This document shows, one piece after another, positions 8,517-17,369 of a stretch of DNA of 64,000 nucleotides. The notes under the pieces were generated by a model. That model was not told the DNA's origin and did no database searches. It saw only the letters and a list, made by a program, of their open reading frames with translations. A program made the translations under genes and the position numbers. How positions within the stretch are numbered: position 1 is the stretch's first letter; every line of letters begins with the position of its first letter. This stretch comes from Candidatus Caldarchaeales archaeon (GTDB taxonomy: Archaea > Thermoproteota > Nitrososphaeria_A > Caldarchaeales > Wolframiiraptoraceae), in contig JBCNVN010000004.1 in NCBI GenBank assembly GCA_039630055.1, forward strand, positions 11,076 through 75,075. The letters run 5' to 3'.

Positions 8517-9962
8517 CTACTTGACGAGTACTATACCATCTAGCTGGAAGTTGAGCTTTCCGAGAAGCCAATCATCTGTCGGCATAACTCCCGCCGGCTT
8601 AACAACTGTACCTTTTGGTGGTACATCTAAACCTAGCTCAGGTATCGGCAGCCCTTCCCCACTACTGACTAGAGCATGTTCTGAGAATGGATCCCATGCA
8701 CCGATAAGCATCTGCGTCCTCCTCGTCTCGATCATCTTCAATATATTCTCAGGGATCAAACGTTTGGCCTTCGGGCTTATGGCTTCAAGACCTATCTTGT
8801 TATCATTCTGAAGATCAACGGCAGGTAAGATCGTTTGTCCTGGGACAAATGGATTATCGGGTGGGAGAGAGATGTGATGATTCATTCCTAAGAAGATTAG
8901 TCTATCAGGATGCTTTGTACCTGCTAGATACTCCTTCAATATATGATAGAATAATACCTCCCATCTCGTATCAAATGAGACTGCTACTGTATCGGTAGTT
9001 CCCCAACCATAAAGCCCAACTATATCAGAGTCTTTTCCAACGAACCATATCTTTCTTTCTTCAGCAACTTTGAGGGGTTCGACAGAGTCTGTGTAATGTG
9101 TGAGAACGTCGACTCCGAGATCAACCAATGCATGTGAGACCTCTCTCTCCTTCGGTGGATCATACCACTCTCCAACGTATTTGATGTAAAGGGTAGCATC
9201 TGGATTAGCATCTTTTATCCCGAGATTGAATGCCGCCATTCTTCTCCAATTCTGGACGCATGCTGGACCTACTGCAATTCCAATCTTGTTACTCTCAGTT
9301 ATCGCTCCCGCAATCAATCCTTCTAGATACATTGCTTGATATTGTCTTATGAAGACTCTCAAGAAATTCCTTTGAGATGATATATCGCTTCCCACTATTC
9401 CGAGGAAATATACATCTGGATATTCTGGAGCTACTCTATGGAAAGATGGGACTGCTGCAGGCTCCCAGCTACCGAAAATAATGTTTGCTCCACCTACTGC
9501 TATCAAATCTTTAGCGGAAGAGATCGGGTCCTTACCCTTCAATACAACGCCTTCATCATATATATAATCAAACCATGGATAAAGTGTCTTCAACCTTTCT
9601 ACTGCCTTTATCTGTCTACCATCCCATGTCGAACCCTCTATATACCCACCTAGAACCATGCCCATGACAACCTTTAACCCCTTTGGAACCTCAGTTATCT
9701 TAGTCTCAGTACGCGTAACAGTACTAGTTACTGTAGTTGGTACAGTTACCGTAGTCGGTACAGTTACTGTGGCAGCGCCTACTGTGACTGTTCTTGTCTC
9801 CGTAAGAGTAGCAGGCGCCGCGGCGGTACTCCCTGCATAGTATCCTCCGACTCCTGCTACTATACCGGCGACGACTACTCCTGCAGCAACTTTTCCAGCT
9901 GTTGAGATAGCTTTCCTACGGGAAAGTTTTCTTAGTAATATTCTATCATCGCCTTCCTTCAT
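8517..9962 (-). CDS. BMP-family (Med/PnrA-like) ABC substrate-binding protein with N-terminal TM anchor and Thr/Val-rich linker
   Basis: The N-terminal helix is AAGVVVAGIVAGVGGYYAG. It is followed by the linker TVTVGAATVTVPTTVTVPTTVTSTVTRTETK. The BMP-like core follows (VVMGMVLGGYIEGSTWDG...IAVGPACVQNWRRMAAFNLG...YVGEWYDPPKE). The gene is convergent with the importer operon. Confidence 0.8.
   Translation of the reverse strand: MKEGDDRILLRKLSRRKAISTAGKVAAGVVVAGIVAGVGGYYAGSTAAAPATLTETRTVTVGAATVTVPTTVTVPTTVTSTVTRTETKITEVPKGLKVVMGMVLGGYIEGSTWDGRQIKAVERLKTLYPWFDYIYDEGVVLKGKDPISSAKDLIAVGGANIIFGSWEPAAVPSFHRVAPEYPDVYFLGIVGSDISSQRNFLRVFIRQYQAMYLEGLIAGAITESNKIGIAVGPACVQNWRRMAAFNLGIKDANPDATLYIKYVGEWYDPPKEREVSHALVDLGVDVLTHYTDSVEPLKVAEERKIWFVGKDSDIVGLYGWGTTDTVAVSFDTRWEVLFYHILKEYLAGTKHPDRLIFLGMNHHISLPPDNPFVPGQTILPAVDLQNDNKIGLEAISPKAKRLIPENILKMIETRRTQMLIGAWDPFSEHALVSSGEGLPIPELGLDVPPKGTVVKPAGVMPTDDWLLGKLNFQLDGIVLVK
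9727..9774. repeat. Short tandem repeat encoding the (T-V-T-V-P-T) linker of the binding protein
   Basis: ggtacagttaccgtagtc (9739-9756) is followed by ggtacagttactgtggca (9757-9774). A related gttactgtagtt unit (9727-9738) precedes them. Confidence 0.6.
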
Positions 9963-10203
9963 GACCTTTATTAAAGATGATGGGTAATATAAACGTTAAC
10001 CATACATATTGTGATTTTTTCCCCTAGAAAACCCTTTCTTTAAACTCTATCTCTAACATGTCTATAGTTATGGAGTTAGAATTAGTAAGATGCAAAGATA
10101 ATAAATACAGTTTTAGATACTATAAAGAGACCTGAAGATACAGGCTTTATCTTAGAAATAATTATTTTTATATTAATTTCATGGTATTTTGGAAGCTAGA
10201 AGT

Positions 10204-11019
10204 TTACTTTTCGTTTGCGAAAGCTACTATTCTAGCAAAGGCAGATTCGCCATCTTGGAACTTGAATGGGAAGGCTCCTATTATACATCTTCTATTGACT
10301 ACTTTGCTTATCTCTCCACCCAGGTTCTCAGCATGTAGCACCATGTCAGGGAAAAGTTCAAGATGCATCAACTGGTAGTTCTTAGGCCATGGCAGTACCT
10401 CATCTATCTTCTTCCCCCACTTCTTCTCAGCTTCAGCCACCAGGTCAGGCCTAGCTCTCCTGATAACTGTGTTGAGAGGATGGTCTGCAGACATTGCATC
10501 TACACCTATCCATTTTATCTTCATATCTATACACCATCTTGCAAAGCTCTCATCGGGACCTGGATGCTTCACCATATATCTAACTTCATCTGGCTCTGTT
10601 CCACACCAAGCATACTTATGATATCCAGTATGTATTATGAGAATATCTCCCTTTTTGACCTCTATGCCTCCTTCTTTGGCAGCCTTCTTTATGGTCTCCG
10701 ATGTATAGATATCGTAGTCTCCTACGTAAGGAGATATATCTACTATTACTCCTTCTCCTACGAGATAGTCTTCGAGGGGGAGGCTTGCTATATCTTTTCC
10801 ACCCGTTACGAAGTGCATTTGGCTATCGAAGTGAGTCCCAAAGTGTAGTGAGGTCTCTATATATTGTGCGTTTACACCATGTTCTCCAAGCGTCTTTATC
10901 CAGTAGACCTTCATAGGTGGATACCACATGAAGGGTGGTTGCTTCCAGCTCGTCGGTTGAGATAAGTCGTAAATCCTAACCCTGCTCCAATCTACTATCT
11001 TACTCCAATCCAAAACCAT
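10204..11019 (-). CDS. Cyclase-family protein (kynurenine/aryl-formamidase-like metal hydrolase)
   Basis: The motif HFGTHFDSQMHF matches the HxGTHxDxPxH signature of the putative cyclase / arylformamidase family. Confidence 0.75.
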   Translation of the reverse strand: MVLDWSKIVDWSRVRIYDLSQPTSWKQPPFMWYPPMKVYWIKTLGEHGVNAQYIETSLHFGTHFDSQMHFVTGGKDIASLPLEDYLVGEGVIVDISPYVGDYDIYTSETIKKAAKEGGIEVKKGDILIIHTGYHKYAWCGTEPDEVRYMVKHPGPDESFARWCIDMKIKWIGVDAMSADHPLNTVIRRARPDLVAEAEKKWGKKIDEVLPWPKNYQLMHLELFPDMVLHAENLGGEISKVVNRRCIIGAFPFKFQDGESAFARIVAFANEK

Positions 11020-11116
11020 TCGAGATCACAAAATACTTTACACTCTACATAATATAAATCTATTTTTTATACAGATAGAATAAAGTAGAAATAGTGAAGA
11101 CAGGGTAAGTTATGTG

Positions 11117-11135
11117 AATCTCACATGTTGAGATT
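11117..11135. promoter_or_regulatory. Inverted repeat AATCTCA-catgt-TGAGATT upstream of coxG-like gene
   Basis: Perfect 7-bp arms, about 40 nt upstream of the ATG at 11174, inside the divergent intergenic region. Confidence 0.2.
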
Positions 11136-11173
11136 TGATTAAACTTAAAATCAACGATGAGTTTTATTAAAAC

Positions 11174-11623
11174 ATGAAGTTTGAAGGTAAACTAAATTTG
11201 AGATCTCGGAGAGAGGATGTCTGGAACTTTATATCAGAACCTGCTAAAGTTATTGAATGTGTCCCAGGCGTCGAAGAATACTCTCTCTCTGAAGGTAAGA
11301 GGATAACAGCAAGAGTTAAAGTATCTATCGGATTTATTAAAGGAACTTTCCATACCTCTAGCAGTGTAGTTGAAGAAGACCATAGTAACTATACCGCCAA
11401 GTTGAAATTAGGTGGTTCAGGTGCAGGAAGCGGTTTTGATGCTTTAGTAGACATAAAGCTAAACGATATAGATGGTGGTACTGAGATGGTCTGGAAGGCT
11501 GATGTAAATGTTTCAGGACCACTAGGAAGCTTAGCTAAACCTATGCTAGAAGGTTATGTAAAAAAGCTTGTAGATCAGCTTTTCGACTGTATTAAACAGA
11601 GAGTTGTAAGCTCAAGTATTTAA
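11174..11623 (+). CDS. CoxG-like SRPBCC-fold protein (Mo-hydroxylase accessory subunit G)
   Basis: 149 aa. The sequence RSRREDVWNFISEPAKVIECVPGVEE...GFIKGTF...GPLGSLAKPMLEGYVKKLVDQLFDCIK fits the CoxG family. The gene heads the Mo-hydroxylase operon. Confidence 0.75.
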   Translation: MKFEGKLNLRSRREDVWNFISEPAKVIECVPGVEEYSLSEGKRITARVKVSIGFIKGTFHTSSSVVEEDHSNYTAKLKLGGSGAGSGFDALVDIKLNDIDGGTEMVWKADVNVSGPLGSLAKPMLEGYVKKLVDQLFDCIKQRVVSSSI

Positions 11624-11677
11624 GAAATAGATTTAAGTAAGGCTAGGTTTTTATCACGATGCAGGAGGAGAAAAAAA

Positions 11678-14074
11678 TTGTCCTACAAGTATATTGGAAA
11701 ACCCATTCCCCCTCAAGATGCATTCTATAAAGTTACTGGAACCGCCCAATATACTCTAGATATAGACCTTCCAGGAATGCTTTATTCTAAACTAGTTACC
11801 AGCACCGTACCCCATGCGAAGATAAAGAGGATTGATATAAGTAAGGCTGAAAAAGTTCCAGGAGTAGTCAAAGTCGTAGTAGGAAGAGATTTCCCTTACA
11901 GAGTTGGGATGTATGCTGGAGATAGAGATCTTCTAGCGATTGATAAGGTTAGATGGGTTGGCCACCCAGTAGCAGCCGTTATTGCAGAAGATCTAGAGGC
12001 TGCCGAGAAAGCAATAGATCTTGTTGATGTAGAATATGAAGAGCTGCCAGCAGTATTCGATCCATTAGAAGCTCTTAGACCTGATGCACCTTTAATCCAT
12101 GAGAAGATGGAAGAATATAGACATTCTCCTGCGTTTAGACCCATACCTGGAACGAATATTGCAAATAAGTTCACGTTAGTTAAAGGTGATGTGGAGAAGG
12201 GTTTCAGAGAAGCGGACATAGTAATCGAGGGACAATTTTACATACCTCATGTAAGTCATTCATACATGGAGGTTCAAAACGTTATTGCACATTATCATTT
12301 AGACGGAACCATAGAGATATGGACAAGCTGGCAGAATGTTGCTCCTATCAGGCAGATCATGGCCCTATCTCTAGGAATACCACACAACAAGATTATAGTT
12401 AGGATCCCTTATGTTGGAGGAGGGTTTGGAGGTAAAGCTGGTCTAGGATGGGAAGCTCTAGTGGCCATACTCTCTAAAGAGGCTGGATACAGACCTGTAA
12501 AACTTATCTTATCAAGAAGAGAACAGTTTACATCAGCTGCAGTTAGAGAAGGATTCTACGGATTTGCTAAAGCTGGATTCAAGAAAGATGGCAAGTTTAT
12601 CGCTTACGATGTTAAATTCATATTAGATGCTGGAGCATACGGAGACTACACTGTTAACGTTGGTAGAGCAGTCGGCTACTCTGCTGATGGAAGCTACGAG
12701 ATACCTAACATCAAAGTTGAATCTCTAACTGTTTACACGAATAAGATACCTACAACAGCTCTAAGAGGCTTTGGGTACCCTGAAAGCCACTGGGTTCTCG
12801 AACAGATTATGGATAGAGCAGCACAGAAGATCGGCTTGGATCCTGCAGAGATCAGGAGGATCAATCTAGTCAAGCCAGGTGTATCGGAGACGTGTACAGG
12901 TGAGAGGCTTAGAGAAGATGTTGGAGATCCTCAGAAAGTATTACAAACTTTACTAGAGGGGATAGAATGGGATAAGCCGATCGAAAGTCTGAAAGAACCA
13001 TGGAGGATAAGGTCTAAAGGTTTAGCCCTATTCGTTAAAGGTCCAGCTCAGCCTCCGAATGCTTCCGCCTCGGCCATCTTAAAGTTTAATGAAGATGCTA
13101 GCGTAGACCTATTAGTCTCTACCGGTAACTTTGGGCAGGGAACTGTAACCGCTTTGATCCAGATCGTTGCAGAAGAGTTTGGACTACCATTAGAGAAGGT
13201 GAGGGTAGATTATATTAGAGATACCCATAAATCGGCTTATACTTGGCAGACTGTGGGAAGTAGAGGATTGTTCACAGATGGCATAGCTGTCTTGAGAGCT
13301 GTTGAAGATGCTAAGAAACAGATATTCAAAGTGGCCTCTGAAGTCTTGAGGTGTCCAGAAGAACATCTTGAACTTGTAGATGGAGAAGTAAGAGTAAAGG
13401 GGAGACCATGGGAGAGGATACCTCTAAAAGATATAGTGATGGGCTATACTTATCCTAACGGCAACTCTATTGGAGGTCCGGTAATAGGTAGAGGCGTATT
13501 CATGTCCACCCATACCACATATCTCGATCCTGAAACAGGACAAGGAAATCCGACGATATTCCATACTTTTGGAGGTACAGCAGTAGAGGTTGAAATAAAC
13601 TTGCTCACAGGAGAAGTCGAGGTGTTAAAGGCGGTACAGGTACTCGACCTGGGAAGAGTGATTAACCCACTACTAGTCAAACAACAGGTAAATGGAGGAC
13701 TTCTAATGGGTTTAAGCATAGGATTATATGAGCAGATAAAATTCGATGAGAGAGGATGGGTTATAAATCCCAACTTTACAAATTACTACCTAGTAAGAAT
13801 AAAGGATATTCCTAGAGAAGTTATTAGAAAGTTTATTGAAACACCCCAGCTGGACGGTCCATATGGGGCGAGAGGGATCGGTGAGTTAACAATGATAGGG
13901 GTTGCTCCTGCTATAGCGAATGCAATATTTAGAGCAACAGGTGTAAAAATAGATCGGCTTCCATTAAATCCGGAAAATGTTTGGAAGGCTCTCAATGAGC
14001 AGAGACCCGACCTAGTTAGTGAAGCTATGAATAAGTTTCTAAAATTGGAAGAGAAGGTAGAGGTGAGAATTTGA
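11678..14074 (+). CDS. Xanthine dehydrogenase-family molybdopterin-binding large subunit (aldehyde oxidoreductase/XDH type, copy 1)
   Basis: 798 aa with the motifs YVGGGFGGKAG, TTALRGFGYPE and GPYGARGIGE. It lacks the AYRCSFR loop of true CO dehydrogenases. Confidence 0.9.
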   Translation: MSYKYIGKPIPPQDAFYKVTGTAQYTLDIDLPGMLYSKLVTSTVPHAKIKRIDISKAEKVPGVVKVVVGRDFPYRVGMYAGDRDLLAIDKVRWVGHPVAAVIAEDLEAAEKAIDLVDVEYEELPAVFDPLEALRPDAPLIHEKMEEYRHSPAFRPIPGTNIANKFTLVKGDVEKGFREADIVIEGQFYIPHVSHSYMEVQNVIAHYHLDGTIEIWTSWQNVAPIRQIMALSLGIPHNKIIVRIPYVGGGFGGKAGLGWEALVAILSKEAGYRPVKLILSRREQFTSAAVREGFYGFAKAGFKKDGKFIAYDVKFILDAGAYGDYTVNVGRAVGYSADGSYEIPNIKVESLTVYTNKIPTTALRGFGYPESHWVLEQIMDRAAQKIGLDPAEIRRINLVKPGVSETCTGERLREDVGDPQKVLQTLLEGIEWDKPIESLKEPWRIRSKGLALFVKGPAQPPNASASAILKFNEDASVDLLVSTGNFGQGTVTALIQIVAEEFGLPLEKVRVDYIRDTHKSAYTWQTVGSRGLFTDGIAVLRAVEDAKKQIFKVASEVLRCPEEHLELVDGEVRVKGRPWERIPLKDIVMGYTYPNGNSIGGPVIGRGVFMSTHTTYLDPETGQGNPTIFHTFGGTAVEVEINLLTGEVEVLKAVQVLDLGRVINPLLVKQQVNGGLLMGLSIGLYEQIKFDERGWVINPNFTNYYLVRIKDIPREVIRKFIETPQLDGPYGARGIGELTMIGVAPAIANAIFRATGVKIDRLPLNPENVWKALNEQRPDLVSEAMNKFLKLEEKVEVRI

Positions 14075-14949
14075 GCTTCGGTTCTCCATACTTTACTCTA
14101 CCGGAGTTTACCTATCATAAACCGAAGACTCTCAGTGAGGTCCTTGAGCTATTAGAGAGATATGGTGATGAAGCAAAGATCTTAGCTGGTGGAGTAGGCT
14201 TAATACCGTTTATGAAAGAAAGGCTTATCTCCCCTACACATGTCATAGATATAAAAGAGATATCTGAGTTGAAAAAACTTGAATATAGAAGAGGGGAAGG
14301 ATTAACTATTGGCGCCACTATCACATTCTCAGAGCTAGAATCATATCAGATAGTTAGGGAGAAGTACAAAGCTTTGTATCAAGCGGTAAAAATAGCTTCA
14401 GACAGTATAATAAGAAATAGAGCTACATTGGTAGGAAATATATGCGAGGCTATACCATGGGTTGATGGCCCACCTCCATTAATAGCCTATGATGCTGAAG
14501 TCGAGATTAGAAGCTTGGATAAGGTTAGAAGAGTGTTAGTCGCAGACTTCATTAAAGGCCCAGTAGAGACCGATCTAAAACCTGGAGAGATCGTTACCTC
14601 TATAAAGATACCTGATATACCTGATGATGCAAGAAGTGGATTCATAAAATTTAACACAGGATCGGAGTTCGCTCTAGCAACTATCTCTGCTTATTTGGTG
14701 ATGAAGAAGGAGAAGAGAGATGTGAGGCTAGTCTATGGAGCCATCTCTACTAAACCTATAAGAGCTTTTGAAGCTGAGAAAATCCTTCAAGGCGAAGACG
14801 ACATAAGAAATCTTATACGTTTAGCAGCTGTAAAGGCTTCTGAGGAGGTTGAAGTCGTCTCAGACGTACTGGCTTCTGAAGAATATAGAAGACATCTCGT
14901 CAAAGTACTTACCATGAAGATTTTGATGGATTTGGTGGAGGATGATTAA
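14071..14949 (+). CDS. Mo-hydroxylase FAD-binding medium subunit (CoxM/CutB-like, copy 1)
   Basis: Motifs AKILAGGVGLIPFMKERL and RNRATLVGNI. There is a 4-nt overlap with the large subunit. Confidence 0.9.
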   Translation: MSFGSPYFTLPEFTYHKPKTLSEVLELLERYGDEAKILAGGVGLIPFMKERLISPTHVIDIKEISELKKLEYRRGEGLTIGATITFSELESYQIVREKYKALYQAVKIASDSIIRNRATLVGNICEAIPWVDGPPPLIAYDAEVEIRSLDKVRRVLVADFIKGPVETDLKPGEIVTSIKIPDIPDDARSGFIKFNTGSEFALATISAYLVMKKEKRDVRLVYGAISTKPIRAFEAEKILQGEDDIRNLIRLAAVKASEEVEVVSDVLASEEYRRHLVKVLTMKILMDLVEDD

Positions 14950-14951
14950 GG

Positions 14952-15440
14952 ATGGTTCGAAGAATAAATCTAAAAGTAAATGGATATAGAAGAAGCGTTG
15001 AAGTAAAAGATAATGAACTGCTTCTAGATGTATTAAGAGATAAACTGAAGATAAAGGGTTTGAAGCCAGCTTGCTGGCGTGGTGAATGCGGTCTATGCAC
15101 AGTTATACTGAATGGAAAACTTGTAAAGTCTTGTCTTGTTCTTGCTGTTGAGGTTGATGGTTCTGAGATTGTTACCGTTGAGGGTTTGGCTAGGGATGGT
15201 GAGCTAACACCATTACAGAGAGCATTCATAGAGCATGGAGCACTACAATGCGGATTCTGTACACCAGCGTTCGTCCTCGCCTCCCATCAACTGCTACTCG
15301 AAAATCCCGATCCATCCGATGAAGAGATAAAAGAGAGATTAAGCGGAATACTCTGTAGATGCGGTACATATTATGAGATTATAGAGGCGATTAAGAGTGC
15401 ATCAAAGTATTATCGAAAAGATGTTACTGATCGGTCATAA
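14952..15440 (+). CDS. Mo-hydroxylase [2Fe-2S]-binding small subunit (CoxS/CutC-like, copy 1)
   Basis: The two Fe-S motifs are CWRGECGLCTV and QCGFCTPAF...CRCGTY. Confidence 0.9.
   Translation: MVRRINLKVNGYRRSVEVKDNELLLDVLRDKLKIKGLKPACWRGECGLCTVILNGKLVKSCLVLAVEVDGSEIVTVEGLARDGELTPLQRAFIEHGALQCGFCTPAFVLASHQLLLENPDPSDEEIKERLSGILCRCGTYYEIIEAIKSASKYYRKDVTDRS
15122..15272. repeat. 151-bp segment 100% identical, in inverted orientation, to 27800..27950 (copy A)
   Basis: I aligned the two segments base by base by hand. The reverse complement of 27800-27950 equals 15122-15272 with no mismatch. The flanking bases differ on both sides. Confidence 0.95.
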
Positions 15441-15608
15441 GATCTTATCCAATTTTTCTTTTAATTTCTTCTCTAGACTTGGAGGCGGCTGCCAATTTAC
15501 TTGGACCACTCTTACCCCCTGGTCTCTTAGAGAGAGATAGAATATCTCTAAACCAATGTTTACTGCTTTAATCTCTCCCTTAAATAGATTTAATATTTTC
15601 TCACTCAT
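15435..15608 (-). CDS. Candidate small protein (57 aa) downstream of fdrA-like gene; below the ORF-track cut-off
   Basis: The ATG at 15608 lies 11 nt after the fdrA TAG and is preceded by GGGGGATAAAAG. My translation is MSEKILNLFKGEIKAVNIGLEIFYLSLRDQGVRVVQVNWQPPPSLEKKLKEKLDKIL. The stop overlaps the coxS 3' end by 6 nt. Confidence 0.4.
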   Translation of the reverse strand: MSEKILNLFKGEIKAVNIGLEIFYLSLRDQGVRVVQVNWQPPPSLEKKLKEKLDKIL

Positions 15609-15619
15609 CTTTTATCCCC

Positions 15620-17257
15620 CTATACTTCTATGAACTCTCTGAAAACCCTCTTCAACTTTTCATCAGATATCCTACAATGTTTTGCTATTATAGCCGATGT
15701 AAAAGCCATCAAGGCATTCGTTGGAAAGACCAGTACACCCAAATTCTTCAACTTCTCTTCTTGTACCATTGAGTTCTGAGGATCTGCCTCTGTACCACAC
15801 ACATGTCCTAGAATAACTATCTGCCTAGAGTCTTTCTCAGCTATCTTCCTAGCCTCAATTATAGAGTCCTGCATTGCTCCAACTGGGTCTGGATGAGCAC
15901 CATAACCTAGAACAAAGTCTAAGGTTATTACTGCAACTTCAGGATCTTTCGCCTCTTCTATCAATCTTATCTTTCTTATTGTTGGGTCGATCATCGGATG
16001 GGGTCTACCGGCTGTAAACTCTTCCTCACCAAGATCTACTACTGTGTGCATTCGGCTCTTGTAAGAGTCTTCTAGCTTATACTTTAAGTCTAGAGGAGCA
16101 TTACTGTATACATCTTTACCTATAAGTTCACGATATATTAGAAGCGATTCATACATTAGTGTTCCTCCAGTGTAGAGTGCTCTCAAATATCTCTGATCTG
16201 CTTTCAAATTCTTTGAAAGGTTTCTACAGAGTTTCTTTAACTCGGATAGCTTTAGAGAGATCTTTGATCTAGCTTCTCTGTATTTCTCTGGACTGTTCAT
16301 TTTGACCATGTCTAATACTGCTAATTGGAGGCTTCTAACTGAATGTATCCTTTTAGCTAATTTCTTTGGAGGAATATACTTTCTAGTCCCCAGGAAACAT
16401 AAGACGAATGGTTTCCTAGTCTCTCCCTCAATAAATTGGATGATCTTCTTTAGTACAGAAGAATCTGGAGGCTTTGAAATAACCATTATAGATTTTGTAT
16501 CTTCATCTGCTTCGAGAGCCTTAATACAATCTATAGTCATTATTCCTCCCACTGCCTCCTTTACATCATTTCCACCTACACCGAGACCTTGTGAGATCCC
16601 TAGACCAACCTTATCTAAGAGCACGCTAACTTCTTGAAGTCCGGTTCCGGCTGCTGCAACCACACCGATAGGACCAGTTCTAACTTTGTTAGCGAAGGCT
16701 ATGGCTTTACCGTTTATGATCGATGTTCCCGCTCCAGGTCCTAGAACCAGTAAGCCTCTCTCACTAGCATACTTCTTTAATTCTACTTCATCTTCTATTG
16801 GAACATGGTCACTAAACAGATGAATATGTATATTTTTCTCAAGTATTTTTAGGGCTAATTCTTTAACGTACTGACCAGGTATAGAGATTACTGCTAGATT
16901 GACGTCTGGCATGTCTTCCAATGCGGAATCAAGAGAAAAGTATGTCTTCTCTATAGATGGTTGGAGGCTGATAGAGGGCTTAGTCAACATGTCTTCTATA
17001 TTTGAGATTATATTTGGAAGGAGGTTTTCATCTCTCGCTTTAATGGCTAATACTAGATCGTTAGGTGTGGCCGCTCTCCCCTCATCTGTTAGAAGACCCA
17101 ACCTTTCCAAGATTTCCTTGTTTGTGCTAGTCCCCATTACTAGAGCTGCATCAACCACTCCATCTATCTTCTTAACCTCTTCAGATAACTGCATCAGCTG
17201 CAATGAATCTCTGAAGAAATTCTCCTTAACTACATTCTTTACGACATCCATGATCAA
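15620..17257 (-). CDS. fdrA: FdrA-family protein (succinyl-CoA-synthetase-alpha-like, acyl-CoA synthetase FdrA)
   Basis: 545 aa. The N-terminus reads NFFRDSLQLMQLSEEVKKIDGVVDAALVMGT...NDLVLAIKA. It has CoA-ligase-like segments LLVLGPGAGTSIINGKAIAFAN and VVAAAGTGLQE. Confidence 0.8.
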   Translation of the reverse strand: MIMDVVKNVVKENFFRDSLQLMQLSEEVKKIDGVVDAALVMGTSTNKEILERLGLLTDEGRAATPNDLVLAIKARDENLLPNIISNIEDMLTKPSISLQPSIEKTYFSLDSALEDMPDVNLAVISIPGQYVKELALKILEKNIHIHLFSDHVPIEDEVELKKYASERGLLVLGPGAGTSIINGKAIAFANKVRTGPIGVVAAAGTGLQEVSVLLDKVGLGISQGLGVGGNDVKEAVGGIMTIDCIKALEADEDTKSIMVISKPPDSSVLKKIIQFIEGETRKPFVLCFLGTRKYIPPKKLAKRIHSVRSLQLAVLDMVKMNSPEKYREARSKISLKLSELKKLCRNLSKNLKADQRYLRALYTGGTLMYESLLIYRELIGKDVYSNAPLDLKYKLEDSYKSRMHTVVDLGEEEFTAGRPHPMIDPTIRKIRLIEEAKDPEVAVITLDFVLGYGAHPDPVGAMQDSIIEARKIAEKDSRQIVILGHVCGTEADPQNSMVQEEKLKNLGVLVFPTNALMAFTSAIIAKHCRISDEKLKRVFREFIEV

Positions 17258-17369
17258 TCGTCTTAGATTGGATTACGCTATGGAATAAATATTTCTAAGA
17301 CATAGTCTTAATTCAGATCCCATTTACATGAGATATAAAGTCTTTTAACTCTAGAAGAATGATGAGGGC

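Noticed and set aside
14909-15229. A 106-aa antisense ORF with a near-identical twin at 27844..28128 (shared MNALCNGVSSPSLAKPSTVTISEPSTSTARTRQDFT).
   Set aside because: The shared peptide is just the reverse-strand reading of the 151-bp identical block inside the coxS paralogs. The duplication is explained by the repeat, not by a conserved antisense gene.
11678-15440. Reading the CoxG/L/M/S-type operons as aerobic carbon-monoxide dehydrogenase.
   Set aside because: The large subunits carry GGGFGGK and RGFG motifs and lack the AYRCSFR (form I) or AYRGAGR (form II) active-site loops. I therefore call them generic XDH/aldehyde-oxidoreductase-family enzymes.
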